This document shows positions 25,568 through 38,052 of a DNA stretch of 64,000 nucleotides, piece by piece. The stretch spans positions 41,106,001 through 41,170,000 of the forward strand of contig NW_027266319.1 in the NCBI RefSeq assembly GCF_022045235.1. Direction: 5' to 3'. Under the pieces are notes generated by a model. The model had not been told where the DNA came from. It saw only the letters and a list, made by a program, of their open reading frames with translations, and ran no database searches. Made by a program: the position numbers and the translations under genes. The first letter of the stretch is position 1, and each line of letters opens with the position of its first letter. The stretch is from Haliotis cracherodii (lineage: Eukaryota).

Positions 25568-26986
25568 TTGGCTGAAAGATAAGCTACAAAGAGTACACCT
25601 GTAGCCTACTTTCTATGCTGACGGCGAACGTTTTATCGACTGCCGAGAAGTTAGCGAATGCCTGCTGTATACAAAGCATGAACGATCATGAAAGGGATAG
25701 TAACATTTGTTTAGCATCTGTGTAATGATATTTACGACAAAAACAAAAACCTAAGTGCAATTGGTCTGAGTACGTACATAATTGTAGCCACCGAGTATTT
25801 TCCGACAAATGAGATCTAATTAGCTGCGACATCGTAGCTTTGTACTCGTACACACTACTGCTTTCCCTATAGTAGAAAACAACGATTTGACAGCAGTCGC
25901 TATGCATATATATAGCCTAGAACTACGTTTTACCTCTCCCTCTATTGTCACCGTTACGTCATAGGCATTATGACGCCACAAATACTACTGTTGTGCGTCG
26001 CCTACAATGTAAGTTAAAGTTTTCATTACGACGAAATGTCTTGCATGGATAAAGGAGTTTTGACAAGCACGGTTATCTGGACTTTTTTGGTATATTTAAT
26101 ACTTATACACCTGAGGAAATCACTTGTGAATATAAATGCAGCGTGTTGCCTGAAAACTGCTCGACAAATATCAGTGCTCAATGTATTACATATGGATAGA
26201 ATTTGACATCACGTTTTCAAATAGTTTAACTTTATATAACACAAATCACATGATATCAAAATTAACAGTCATATTGTTTCTGATTATAGGCAATGAATAA
26301 TTATAACTTCTTTTAATATTTAAAAAAAATGAATGTAGGTATATCTTCGACTTGATGAGAAATCTGTTTTAAAAAATCTTCCTTTCTATATAACTGACTT
26401 TGTTTATGTCAACAGCTCGTTTATTTTCATTGAATTAATCAAATTACATCGGTGCTTCGTATATGAATGTCTAACCATATGATCAAGATAATCGACATTT
26501 TGGCGCCGATGATAATTAAGAATGAAAGTCGTCTAGAGTAGTGCTATAAAACTCTCTGTACAATATAGTGGAGTGGCCATACTCATACTTACTTTGACAA
26601 ACATGACAAAAATGTATAAACAAATTAAGAAAAACTACGTTTGACTTACACAAAATAAAACTGACTGTAAACTATTACTTTTTTCAATATAATAATAAAT
26701 TAATTAATAGCTTATGTCCTGTTAGCGAGTCAGTTAATTCCAGATAACCACAGTGTTATTCGTTGCAAGAAACAAAGGCATTCATGACATGCGGCAATTT
26801 AAAGCCACTGGAGAAAATATTACAATTGCCAGAAAATATTAGGTGCTTTTCCTTTCTGAAATGTTTTGAAAAGGTGCAAATGACGCATCTCCAGTACTCA
26901 GTAGAGTTTTTACATTTTTTATAAGAAGCAAGACCCCTTTTTTACAATGAAACAGAATATGTTGCAGTTGCACGTTCAGTAATCAT

Positions 26987-27060
26987 TCACCTGATGAAGG
27001 AGTAAGCATATACTCCGAAAGGTTGTGTTCCTCATAATATAGGAGCTGACATCCATACAT
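26987..27060 (+). ncRNA. Penelope-like-element-type minimal hammerhead ribozyme remnant
   Basis: CAC-CTGATGA-A-GGAGTA..TACTCC-GAAA-GGTT-GTG; inverted second copy at 53330-53397. Confidence 0.6.
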
Positions 27061-27257
27061 TCTCTTTCTTATAATAAAGTAGGTTCTTCGTAGGATCAAG
27101 AAAACGCTTGCGTTAGTCATTTTAAAACCTAAGTTTTGAAATCCCCGTTTTTAAACAAACAGAAACATATATGACCGTGGACTCAATTAGATTCACACGG
27201 AGTATGTTTCTAGGTTTGTCCTCACCATACCTGTGGTCGTGTTTCTCCGAAGTTAAA

Positions 27258-27427
27258 GGGGCGGTCGGGTAGCCTAGTGGTTAAAGCGTTCGCTCGTCAC
27301 GGCTAAGACCCGGGTTCGATTCCCGACATGGTTACAATGTGTGAAGCCCATTTCTCGTGTCCCCGCCGTGATATTGCTGGAATATTGCTAAAAGCGGCGT
27401 AAAACCATACTCACTCACTCACTCACT
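27258..27427 (+). mobile_element. SINE family 1
   Basis: Full-length; TSD AAGTTAAA. Confidence 0.92.
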
Positions 27428-28062
27428 GTAAAGTTAAAAAAAGACCTGCTCTACTTCGGGCTTTCCTCCCATATCAAGCCAACACGCTTAGAATTGACGT
27501 ACTATTCAAATCGGCGTTTAACCAAACACACTCACTCACTATTCTGCTGTGTATTTTGAAAAAACGAAACGGACATTTTTTTTAGAACTAATGAAAAACA
27601 TGAATACCAGCGGTTAGTTATTTATGATAAAAATATTTAACTTTAAACACTATGTCTTAGCATCAGCATCACAGAGACATTCATCTCAATGTCATACAGT
27701 TGGATGCGGCGCAAATAAAACCTATGGTTGCATGTACGTTGCTGGAATCAGCGCGCGACATGAGCTTCGCGTTATAACCAATATAATTATTGGTTTGTCA
27801 CCCAAAAACTGTGATTGAAATGTATGCACCAAGTGGAACAGAAGTTCACGGTACAACAAGAGGTTGACCGTTGAGACATTGAACTTACGTTTTAGGCATT
27901 TCCCTCCGACTTTCCTCTCCGAACAGTTACTGTACGTGATACACACTGCCCCTGCTCCAAAAGCACCACACTGGTGGTGGTGTACTGTAATCTCACGTCG
28001 GTAGTTATGACTACATTTTAAACTAGTCCCATCTGCTATTTACTTCGTTTTAAGGATTGCCC

Positions 28063-28229
28063 GGGGCGGTCGGGTAGCCTAGTGGTTAAAGCGTTTGCGC
28101 GTCACGCCGAAGATACGGGTTCGATTCCCGACATGGATACAATGTGTGAAGCCCATTTCTGGTGTCCCCCGCCGTGATATTGCTGGAATATTGCTAAAAG
28201 CGGCGTAAAACCATATTCACTCACTCACT
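28063..28229 (+). mobile_element. SINE family 1
   Basis: Full-length; TSD TAAGGATTGCC. Confidence 0.92.
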
Positions 28230-28399
28230 AAGGATTGCCCTTAACGATCATACCAAACACGAATCTGGATTCCAGTATACCCGAAAGTGTTCTTGACAAC
28301 ACAAAGCCTCACTTGAAATTTCGATCGAGTTCAAGCGTAGCCCTACCCAGTTTGTTTCACAGTTGTACCGAAAAACTGAGATAGTTTATGAGGATATTA

Positions 28400-29495
28400 C
28401 AAGGGCTGGCTGAAAAGTTCTAAGCCTAAGGGGGATATCTCAATCGGATTGAAACAAACTTTTGCCACCAACAAGTACAATGATTTAATGAATCACAGAC
28501 ATAAGAACTGCAACTGTAGTGTTATTATTGTCTTTGTACCAGACCATCTTGTGAACCTACCCATTAAAATCACCAGAAATGGACAAAACAGGCTATAGGG
28601 CAGTCATCAAGTACCTGCAGCTGAAAGGGCTAACTCCAACACAGATACATGCTGACATGGTCTCCTTTTCCACTGTAAAGAAATGGGCTGCGGAATTCAA
28701 GCGTGGCAGAGACAGCCTTGACGATGACCCGCGTCCAGGAAGGCTTTCAACAGCAATCATTCCGGAAAACATTACCCGGCCAGGTGCATGACATGGTGAT
28801 GGCTGATCGACGATTGACCACTCGACATATTGCCAGTGTTGTGGGCATCTCTCATAGGAGGGTTGAGCACATTATCACCAACGAGTTGGGAATGACAAAA
28901 GTTCCTACAAGATGGGTGCCAAAGCTCTTGACAGCGGATCAGAAACGTGTCAGATTCCTGACGTCCCGTGACAAATGCCGTTTTGAAGCAGATCCCGATG
29001 ATTTTTTGGCCCGATTTGTAACCATGGATGAGACATCACTTTCAACCAGAAACCAAAATTCAGTCTAAACAATGGAAGCATCCGGAATCACCAGCCCCCA
29101 CAAAAGCCAAGTCGGTTACTTCTGCTGGAAAGGTGATGGCTTCAATCTTTTGGGATGATATTATGCTGACCTACTGAAACAGTTGCGTGAAGCTATCATA
29201 GCTACGCGACGGGGAATGCTCGCTAAAGGAGTCCTGTTCTACCAAGACAATACTCCTGTTCACAAATCGGTGGTTGCCATGTCAGCGATCCATGAATGTG
29301 GCTTCGAACTCATTGACCATCCCCCTTATTCACCCGATTGGGCCCCGTCAGACTTCTACCTGTTTCCCAAAATGAAAAAATACCTAGCCGGTCGCCTTTT
29401 TCCTAGTAATGATGACGTCATTTCCGCTGTGAATGACTTTTTTAGGGTGGCTGAAGAAAATTTCTTCTTGACCGGCATCCAGGCCTTGCAGCATC
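28400..29495 (+). mobile_element. Mariner DNA transposon with frameshifted transposase, 3' end lost
   Basis: TA + left TIR CAAGGGCTGGCTGAAAAGTTC; fragments MDKTGYRAVIKYL..HTH, WVPKLL, VTMDET, QDNTPVH, HPPYSPDWAPSDFYLF in three ORF pieces (28579-29500). Confidence 0.93.
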
Positions 29496-29611
29496 GATGT
29501 ACGCAACTGGGACACCCAATCCCGTTAGTCACCTCTTAAGACAAACATAGTCGCCTTTTACGGCAAGAATTGTTTGCTGAAGACCGATTTCTCCCCAGAT
29601 TTTCACGGGTC
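29493..29611 (-). mobile_element. SINE family 3 5' part, truncating the mariner
   Basis: CCCGTTAGTCACCTCTTAAGAC..GCTGAAGACC..TTCACGGGT matches the family 3 head. Confidence 0.7.
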
Positions 29612-30099
29612 CCTTCGTGAAATAACCTGCTTGTAACTGCGCATTAAGCGCCCCGCTGCGAGCACAACCCTCAGTTAATCTGTTATGTAATTGCTGAAGA
29701 GCTATTCTAACCCGGATCTTCACGGGCACAATACTTCAGTCATGGCTGGGGACACCAGAATTGGGTTTTCATACTTTGTGATGAATCGAACCCAGGCCTT
29801 CGACATGGTGACTTTAAAAACGCTAAAATGACAGTATGTATATATTCCAACGTAATCTTTATTTAAAAATACAATTAAATGTAAATGTACATCAGTCGAA
29901 GTAAAGAAAAATAAGGACGATTTAAAAGCATAAATATACATATGCTATATGAGTTTAGCTTTATCTATAATGTGTAAACGTCTCAAAATACGACTCCCCT
30001 CTGAGATATATTACAAGGCACAATTTGTTATCAATTATGTCCTATCAGATATGTCTTCATTAACAGCATGAATAGCAACACTGGTGAATATTTCTGGTC

Positions 30100-31300
30100 T
30101 TATTTCCTAAAAGCCGTGAAGAAAAGGCCGCAAGACTCGCACCAGGGGTCCAGAGCACAGTGGACACACATGCCGTAGAGCTTCTTCAGGCAGCCACAGT
30201 TGAGCTCCAGTATCTTGAAGCAGGGCGTGATGATCCAGATGTGATTGAAGGCGATCACGGCAAACTCACAGCCCCAGTGCATGGCAATACAGATGCCACA
30301 CAACAGTGTCAGGAGCTTGTACAGGAATCCTTTACAGCAGTTGAAGCAGAGATTGGAGGCAGTCCATACACAATCGAAGCTATGAGCTCCGTCTGGCTCA
30401 GCAAGGATGTCTTCGAACTCAACCTAATAAAAAACGATAAACAATACATGTTCTAAGGTTTCCGATTTTCCAAGTAGAATAATTGGTCGCCCACTTCCTA
30501 ATATATATATATATACTTAGACATTTAAACATGCCATTGCTAGTAACATCGGTCACGGCAAATATGAATTCATTATTTTAAGTGTATTTGAAAGGTACTT
30601 TAGAGTTTCAGAAATTGAAAATGGGGGTTGATTATGTGATTACGGTACGGTGCTTGTATCATTGTCTGGCGTTTGACACTAAGGGTATAAAACTACGACA
30701 GGTCAGCTTAGAGTCAGTATAGTGTTTCTGAGTTCGGGTGACCTTGTTAAACTGTTAAATGCGGCGACTAACGGGACCGGGTCGTATCCCGATTGCATTG
30801 ATCGAAGCTCATTATGTCAATCACTGGATTGTCAGACTCGATTATTTACAGACCGCCGGCATATAGCTGGAATATTGCTGATTGCGGCGTTAAACAACAA
30901 AGAAACAAATAATTATCAAACATGCTACCCAAAAGTCTCAAGTAAGTGGTAGCGTTTATGTTTAAAGACAATTAATATAAATTCAGAAACCTTTATGCGG
31001 ACACATGAACTCATTTCACAAAAAAATCGAGCATTATTATATTGACTTTAAAGACATCTGTTTTAATAACTGGTTCCATGTATCACAGATGTACAGAGAC
31101 ATACAACATGTAGGTTTCAAGTCTTAAACATGATCTCATGTTTCAATACAGTTAACTACTGTTATAACGAACTTATATACTTCGTTATAACCGTAATTCC
31201 TTATAAGCATATATACAGCATATATACATGACACGACCGGCATGCTTACCTTAACATGGTCGTTGATGTTGTTGGGATCGCGGTTCAGGACGTCAACCAT
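30100..31300 (-). CDS. Caveolin-family protein C (124 aa), join(31300-31250, 30423-30100)
   Basis: Exon 1 MVDVLNRDPNNINDHVK|gtaagc; acceptor ttattag|; exon 2 VEFEDILAEPDGAHSFDCVW...DPWCESCGLFFTAFRK*; intron 826 nt. Confidence 0.95.
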
Positions 31301-31619
31301 CGTGGCCCTCAGGTAGAAGCTTGTAGCCCTTTGCTGGAGGAATCAGTTACACAATAAGCAACGCTGAAGCATCGAGTACTTGCTGTAGCTAAGCAATAGA
31401 ACAACAGTGTCGCACCATGTCGAAACTTGAACACACGTAAATGCTAAATCTATTTGGCTTAGTTTCAAATACTTTTCGAGTGGTTCCTAGTGTATAAGCT
31501 CGTAACCTTACCGCCTATTTATAGACCATCGTGTTGGAGAGATAAGGGAGATATAAATGGTTAAATGACAGGATACATCGTATGCACATGTCGAAAGGTT
31601 ATTGTGTTCAAAACACCGG

Positions 31620-31911
31620 GAGGTGAGTTGAGCTGAAATGGGCTTTAACGTCGCGTTGTATAGCGACGTGCATGTGCGCGCGTGTGTGTTTCTGATTCTA
31701 CTTGTCAGGGCAAATGGCGATTTTATAGTGCTAGCCGACTGAGATACCATGCCGTAGTTTAACATGAATACCCCACTCAGAGACTGTATACTGACTCCGA
31801 GACGACCAGTCCTTGTTTTACCCCCTTAATGTCGAGCGCCAGGCAGGGTAACAACAAGTGCCGTCTTTTAACCTCGGTCCTTCCGCTCTACCACTAGACC
31901 ACAGAGGCGGT
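31620..31911 (-). mobile_element. SINE family 2 between caveolins C and D
   Basis: Reverse-complement match to family 2 core and tail. Confidence 0.75.
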
Positions 31912-32253
31912 ATTCATTGGGAGGACTAAATCTACAAAAACAACAACAATTGCATGAAAACAATGTTATATTTGTAACAAGGGCTTTTTGGAAACTTGCC
32001 AAATTGGGTCTTCAGCAACAACATCTACAGAGGCACTATGAGTTTATGCCGAAAGGCCAAAACGTTTTTATTTTTACAAAATGGTACATTGTCAGCTGCA
32101 TATTAATATCGAGACCACGAGAAACTCCCAGTACTTTTCATCATATGTTTGCTTTTCCTAGCAGTATTTCGAAGAATGTGAAAAGACAAGTTGCTTCCAA
32201 ACCTAAGAATGGGTGTCTTCATATAAAAGTCTTGAAAGGCAATTCTGGTTCCA

Positions 32254-33319
32254 TCACTTTCTGAATGCATGGAAGAGAAGGCCAAATGCTTCACAGCAGG
32301 GACCCACTGCACAGTGCACACACACTCCGTATATCTTCTGTAGGCACCCACAGTTGAGCTCCATTACCTTGAAGCAGGGGGTGATGATCCAGATGTGGGT
32401 AAAAGTCACCCAGGCGAACTCACAGCCCCAACCCATGGCAATACATATACCACAAAGCAGTGTTAGGAGCTTGTATAGGCACCCTTTACCGCAGTCAAAA
32501 CACAGGTAGGAGAAGCTCCACACACAGGAGTAGCTGTGAGAACCATCGGGCTCTGCTAGGACGTCCTCGAATGATACCTGAGTACAAAGGTATGAAACAC
32601 ATTAGCAAGCATAAATGCATACACTACTGTAAACTGTCAAAATCTTCACAAATCTTGAACGTAAATTATCGACCATTTTAATAAAATGGCGGCCCTCTTG
32701 TATTTCTGGTTTGTAACGTTTCCTGTGGCGTACCACAAAGACAGTTTAAAAAACATTTTTTTATATATAAATTGTATATCATGGCCTATTAAGTGAGTGA
32801 ATGAGTATGATTTTACGCCGCTTTTAGCAATATTCTAGCACTATCACGGCTGGGGACACCATAAATGGGCTTCACACATTGTACCCATGTCGGGAATCGA
32901 ACCCGGGTCTTCGACGTGACGAGCGAACGCTTAAACCAGTAGGCTACCCGACCGCCACTGGCCTATTAAGAAAGTCAGGTAAATAAATTTTTTATGCATG
33001 AACATAAATTTAGATATTGTTGTGGCTTCACTTACAACAGGTCGTTGTCCTCACCCAACGGGTGCATTTAATACTTGAATTTATTGAATTTATCACGTTT
33101 TACAAACGTCAAGATGTTTAATTTGTTTCACGTAAGGTACGTTGAAGTTAACCAGGAATTTGCTCCTGGTAATTATTTAAAGTTACACCTCACAAGTGAG
33201 GTCATATGTTTAACATGATTTTACCCGTTCTGTGTGTGTTCAGTTAAACTTTGCCACCTCTGTCTTACCTTGACATGTTCGTTGATGTTGTTTGGGTCCC
33301 GGTCTAGAATATCCTCCAT
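32254..33319 (-). CDS. Caveolin-family protein D (124 aa), join(33319-33269, 32577-32254)
   Basis: Exon MEDILDRDPNNINEHVK|gtaaga; acceptor tactcag|; exon VSFEDVLAEPDGSHSYSCVW...GPCCEAFGLLFHAFRK*; intron 691 nt. Confidence 0.95.
32793..32958 (-). mobile_element. SINE family 1 in caveolin D intron
   Basis: Consensus match; TSD TGGCCTATTAAG. Confidence 0.9.
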
Positions 33320-33842
33320 TCTGTAGATGTACAAAGAATAACTTTCTTAAGGTTTTGTAAATTATTCCATATAGGAGCCTTCGGTTGAGTTGCAAGTGGG
33401 GAGTTTCCAAAGAATGTTACATGGTGAGAAGTATGGTCGGGCGTTGTGTGCGGCAACAGAAGATGTTACGCTCATCTTCAAATGGACACATCTTGAACCT
33501 GCCCGGGAGGGGCTTCTTGTGTACAGGCGAATGTCAAGATCTCCTCAAAGGCTTTTCACCAATATTTATTATCCTACCTATCTTTATGATGGCTCGTCAA
33601 TATTTTATAACTAACACTTATAAATGGGTGGTAACTTGTCAATTGCAGTTTATTTTATGGTTGACCTTATACACAGTGTTATTCCAATAAAAGTAGATAC
33701 GTAGATGACCTGCAACAGGCAATAGAAAGTGTAGATTTCATTCATACACACATCTCACAATAAACGCATGGTATTGTTGCGTGTTATATAAGAACCTTGA
33801 ACACGGCGAGTACTACGTTGGGTGTACATATGTCTTCAGTTG

Positions 33843-34040
33843 TGAGTGAGTGAGTGAGTGAGTGGATGGGTGAGTGAGTGGATGGGTGAGTGAGTGAGTG
33901 AGTGAGTGAGTGAGTAACCCCGCTTTTTGCAATATTGCAGCACTATAACGGCGGGGGACACCAGCAATATGGGCTTCACACATTGTACCCATGTGGATCG
34001 ACGAGCGAACGCTTCAACCACTAGTCTCCCCCTCTGCCCC
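33843..34040 (-). mobile_element. Degenerate SINE family 1 with expanded (GAGT)n tail
   Basis: Partial consensus match. Confidence 0.75.
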
Positions 34041-35641
34041 TGCTGGTAATGAGATGTTATGATTTTTGGCCTGTTGTTGAATTACTTAGGTTACGGCACT
34101 CTTTTGATAAACTGAAAGGGGGGTTAAGAAAATTACTAAAAACTACAAGAGTTACTTCCCTTCTCTTTTTGGATCAGTTTGAAGTCGTGTTTCAGTATAG
34201 TTTTACAGAAACAGGACATACTTAACGGACATTTCTTCTGGCAATATATAATTCCACATGTACCCTTATCTCATTGTAAATTCAACGTAGTAGAAACAAT
34301 CGAAATAGTGTTGTAAATGCGGGTCTATTTCTCAGGAAGGTTGGATGTAGAAAGGAGTCTACACTACAACGCAAAAGTTTGTTATCGGATATTCCGCGGA
34401 TAAGTTGAATAACTCGCGAATAATTCGCAAATAATTCCCGAATATTCCGCGGATATCCGCGAATTCTGCGAAAACTATTTTATTGTTTTAGGGCACTGAT
34501 TAGGAGTTTTATGGGACTTTCACGCCGTCAACACGGGGCGGGCCATGGCAATAGTCTCCATACAAATTATTCTGTGACACTATGCTGAGAATGGATTGCA
34601 GGTACATTTGATAAATACATGTAAACACCAGTTTGTAAAATATTCCTGCTATAATAATGTTATCATTAAATATTATTTAACATGAATATTTGATTAATGA
34701 TCAACTTGCAGTGTGTCTCTCATTTGTACAAATCTACTACATGTAGACATTTATGGACGAGCATATACTAATGTAGTACTTTGACACTTGTTTTAGTATA
34801 GTTGATGTGTGTATATGTACACCTACTATGTATATACAAGGAGGGACGTCCTGATTAGTGTGGCCACACAGGTAACGTTGATATAATAATATGAAGTACA
34901 CTGCATGTGCTCCTACAAAACTGATCGTTATATATGCAATTGCATTCGACACATATACTTCAATTCCCATGTTATTCAAATTAAAATGTCATTGTGATAT
35001 AACAGTAGACCTTGTACATTCAAGCACGTTATACGCGCACTGTACGATATTGCAATCAGACAGACGGTCAGTAAGACAGCTAATTATCTTGCATTAGTTT
35101 TTAATTAATGTGTTATGTACCGCACATCAATTGTCGTCAGTGCACCTTGATATACCGTTTTACTGTATGTTTGGTCACATGCGCCAACAAACAATGTTTG
35201 TTATAACTGATGACTTACCTTCTTGATACGTTTTGCATGTGCAAATAATTCTTTCAAGATTTTCCATATTTTGCCCTGTGCGGTAAAAGTTAAATGTGTG
35301 AGCAAATATTGTTTGTTTATCATAATTAAATAACCAGGTTTGATTGTTCTGACCTTCGGTATTTACGTATTGTGATTACAAGATATGCATGTAGTTATGG
35401 GGGCAGGAGCAAAGTGTCCCCTCCATGTATGTCTGACACAGACGCATGTAACAGATACCTGCCGAATTTGAAATTGAAAGGTGGTCAGTCACCTAACCCA
35501 TTGTGAACAATGAACATGTGCACGTGTATCTTGATACGATTATATCTGTTTATATCGGGTGTGTGGCATATGTAGGTTCATGCTCCAGTGGGTATATGTG
35601 TAGGTGTTTTAATGTACATGTGTCTATTAGGCAATGCATTT

Positions 35642-35801
35642 NNNNNNNNNNNNNNNNNNNNNNNNNNNNNNNNNNNNNNNNNNNNNNNNNNNNNNNNNNN
35701 NNNNNNNNNNNNNNNNNNNNNNNNNNNNNNNNNNNNNNNNNNNNNNNNNNNNNNNNNNNNNNNNNNNNNNNNNNNNNNNNNNNNNNNNNNNNNNNNNNNN
35801 N
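35642..35801. other. Assembly gap (160 N)
   Basis: Run of n. Confidence 0.99.
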
Positions 35802-35926
35802 NTTTGTTTTGTGTATGTATTTATATATCTTGTTCATGGGTATGCGTTATTTATGAACTATTCTTAACTTGTAGTGACCGCCTTGTTCATGGGTATGCGT
35901 TATTTATGAACTATTCTTAACTTGTA

Positions 35927-36170
35927 GTGACCGCCTCCATGGTCTGGTGGAAGAGCGTCCACCCGGAGAGCGGAAGGTCCGGTGTTCGATCCTGGCCGCG
36001 CCATACCAAAAAAAACCCGTTAGAAATTGGTACTTGTTTCACACACACACGCACGCACGCACGCACGCACGCAGGCACGCACGCACGCACGCATGCACGC
36101 ACACACACGTTGCTATATAAGTAATATATGTGATCTTATGACACGACGTTAAACCCCATCCCACCTCATC
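35927..36170 (+). mobile_element. SINE family 2 with internal (GCAC)n microsatellite
   Basis: GACCGCCTCC head, B-box, GACGTTAAACCCCATCCCACCTCATC tail. Confidence 0.75.
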
Positions 36171-36655
36171 CTAACCTGTGATTTTATTATGTTTTTATGT
36201 GTCGTGACTCATAGTTCATTTTGACCGAGTGTATCTAACGTGTACACTGATATACCAAGTATGTACAACTTGTGACTATCTCACACAATCGCCTCCACGC
36301 ACGGAGCAATACTTTTCACTAGTTATTTGTACGCTTCTGAAAAAACCCCGCGTATCTATAGAGTAATTCAAGTTGTAGTTGATATACTATTGAATACAAC
36401 TTGATTACTGAAACTGGTTGCCTCTTGTTGATATAACTGTCATTTTACTGAGAGCTTTATGCAGCAAATTGTAGTTGATATTTTATTGGATACCACTTGA
36501 TTATTAAAACTGGTTGTCTCCTATTAATATGGTTGGAAGTTTATTGACAGCTTTGAATAGTATGAATAGTTGATTCGTCTGGTCATACATTTTACGATTC
36601 TTACAATATCGAATAATTGGCACCATATACATTCCAGCAGAGAGGTTTTTTTACT

Positions 36656-37307
36656 GGTCTCCTCCCATTAGTAAGACAGCCCTGTTGTGAGACACCTTAA
36701 AACAACAATGTCATACCTGGTTGCACATGTTAATCAGGTAATTAACCCCTATCATGAAAATGGACTTGTCTTATTATAGACAAAAGAAATGACTCAAGAT
36801 GCTTGATACCCTCTTTTACTTGATTTCATTCAACATTTTAATTCATTCATCCCTTAAATCCATTGTTTTAACATATTCGCCACTTAGAGTTCAGTTAAAG
36901 TTAATATCACAGTTCACATCACAGTTCACATCGAGGTTGTCACACTTACACAACCTTAATCCATCTTCAGAAGTTTGCCAACAGCATCCAAGAACTGGAG
37001 TGGTGTCTTGACACCCTGGGATAGCTGATCCTTCTAAGACTTTAAGCTGATCATCAGTTGCAAATACCAGCATCTTGTCTTCTTCACCGTCGTCTAAAAG
37101 CAGAAACCGCTCACCATCATGGGTCTCTCTCAAGGGTGCTGCTCTGGTTTTAGGGAGTTTCGGGGTTGTGTGACTGCGGTGTCTGTACATGGCGCTGCCA
37201 ACTGAGCTGAAGGAGGGAAATATAGCTGCAGTTAATTAATCCCACCTACTCCACTGTCTTACAATGGGTGTCTCACTCATGGGATGTCTTACTAATGGGA
37301 TGTAACC
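36656..37307 (-). mobile_element. Non-autonomous Mutator-like (MULE) element
   Basis: ~40-bp imperfect TIRs (TCCCATTAGTAAGACA..GTGAGACACC and its reverse complement), 8-bp direct repeat TTTTTACT on both sides, internal fragment MYRHR..PKLP..ERFLLLDDGEEDKMLVFATDDQLKVL resembling MULE transposase. Confidence 0.75.
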
Positions 37308-38052
37308 TTTTTACTGTTACATCTACATTCATTGTTAATTTTGATGTATTTAGATACTTACATCACTCTATCTCAGAACGCATAACTGATAACATTCAAA
37401 CATGTCATTAGTACATAGAATTGTTACATAGCATTTCCTGTATATTCCTGCTTGAACACAGAGCCTACGTGTATGCTGTAATCGGCGGAATGTGTGTCCA
37501 CACTTTTAAGTGCATAATATGTATATTTATACATAATCAATTATCCTCGTTCCTATTTCGAATGGACACATTGTAAGTCTAAATCTGGACGATGACACAC
37601 AAAATCCTTCTTTGTAAAATGCTATCAATACAAACGTAGCGGCTGATAAAAGAGACAATAATTGAATCATCTATGTGTAATTTATTATTTGTTCTCGTTC
37701 AATCTTTTGTACTTAACATTTGAAGTCATTTTAAAGCTTCAAGTACTCTAATGATGTGGTATGAAATAAGAATATGAATAGTGAAAAACAGTCTCCATAG
37801 GGGATGTGCATGTATAACTTGTTCTTTATTTGTGTCTTTGCGGTGTATTCGAATATCGTATTGTCTTTTTGTCAACGCAGTTCTAATCTCGTGACATTGA
37901 CCTAATTAATATTGTTTGTTTATAATGACGTTTTACAAAACGAACGACGTAAAACCAGTACATAAATCATCGGACAACATTGCTATGATGATGTGGCATT
38001 TGCATCAACAAAGTCATGTCATAGGAACGTTTGCGTGGTAACTGCTGTGTCA

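Noticed and set aside
27258-27330. tRNA-like heads of family 1/2 repeats as tRNA genes
   Set aside because: No acceptor stem closure; followed by SINE body, microsatellite tail and TSDs
35829-35934. 53-bp direct duplication next to the N gap
   Set aside because: Adjacent to an assembly gap and a SINE 5' end; may be an artefact and is not interpretable
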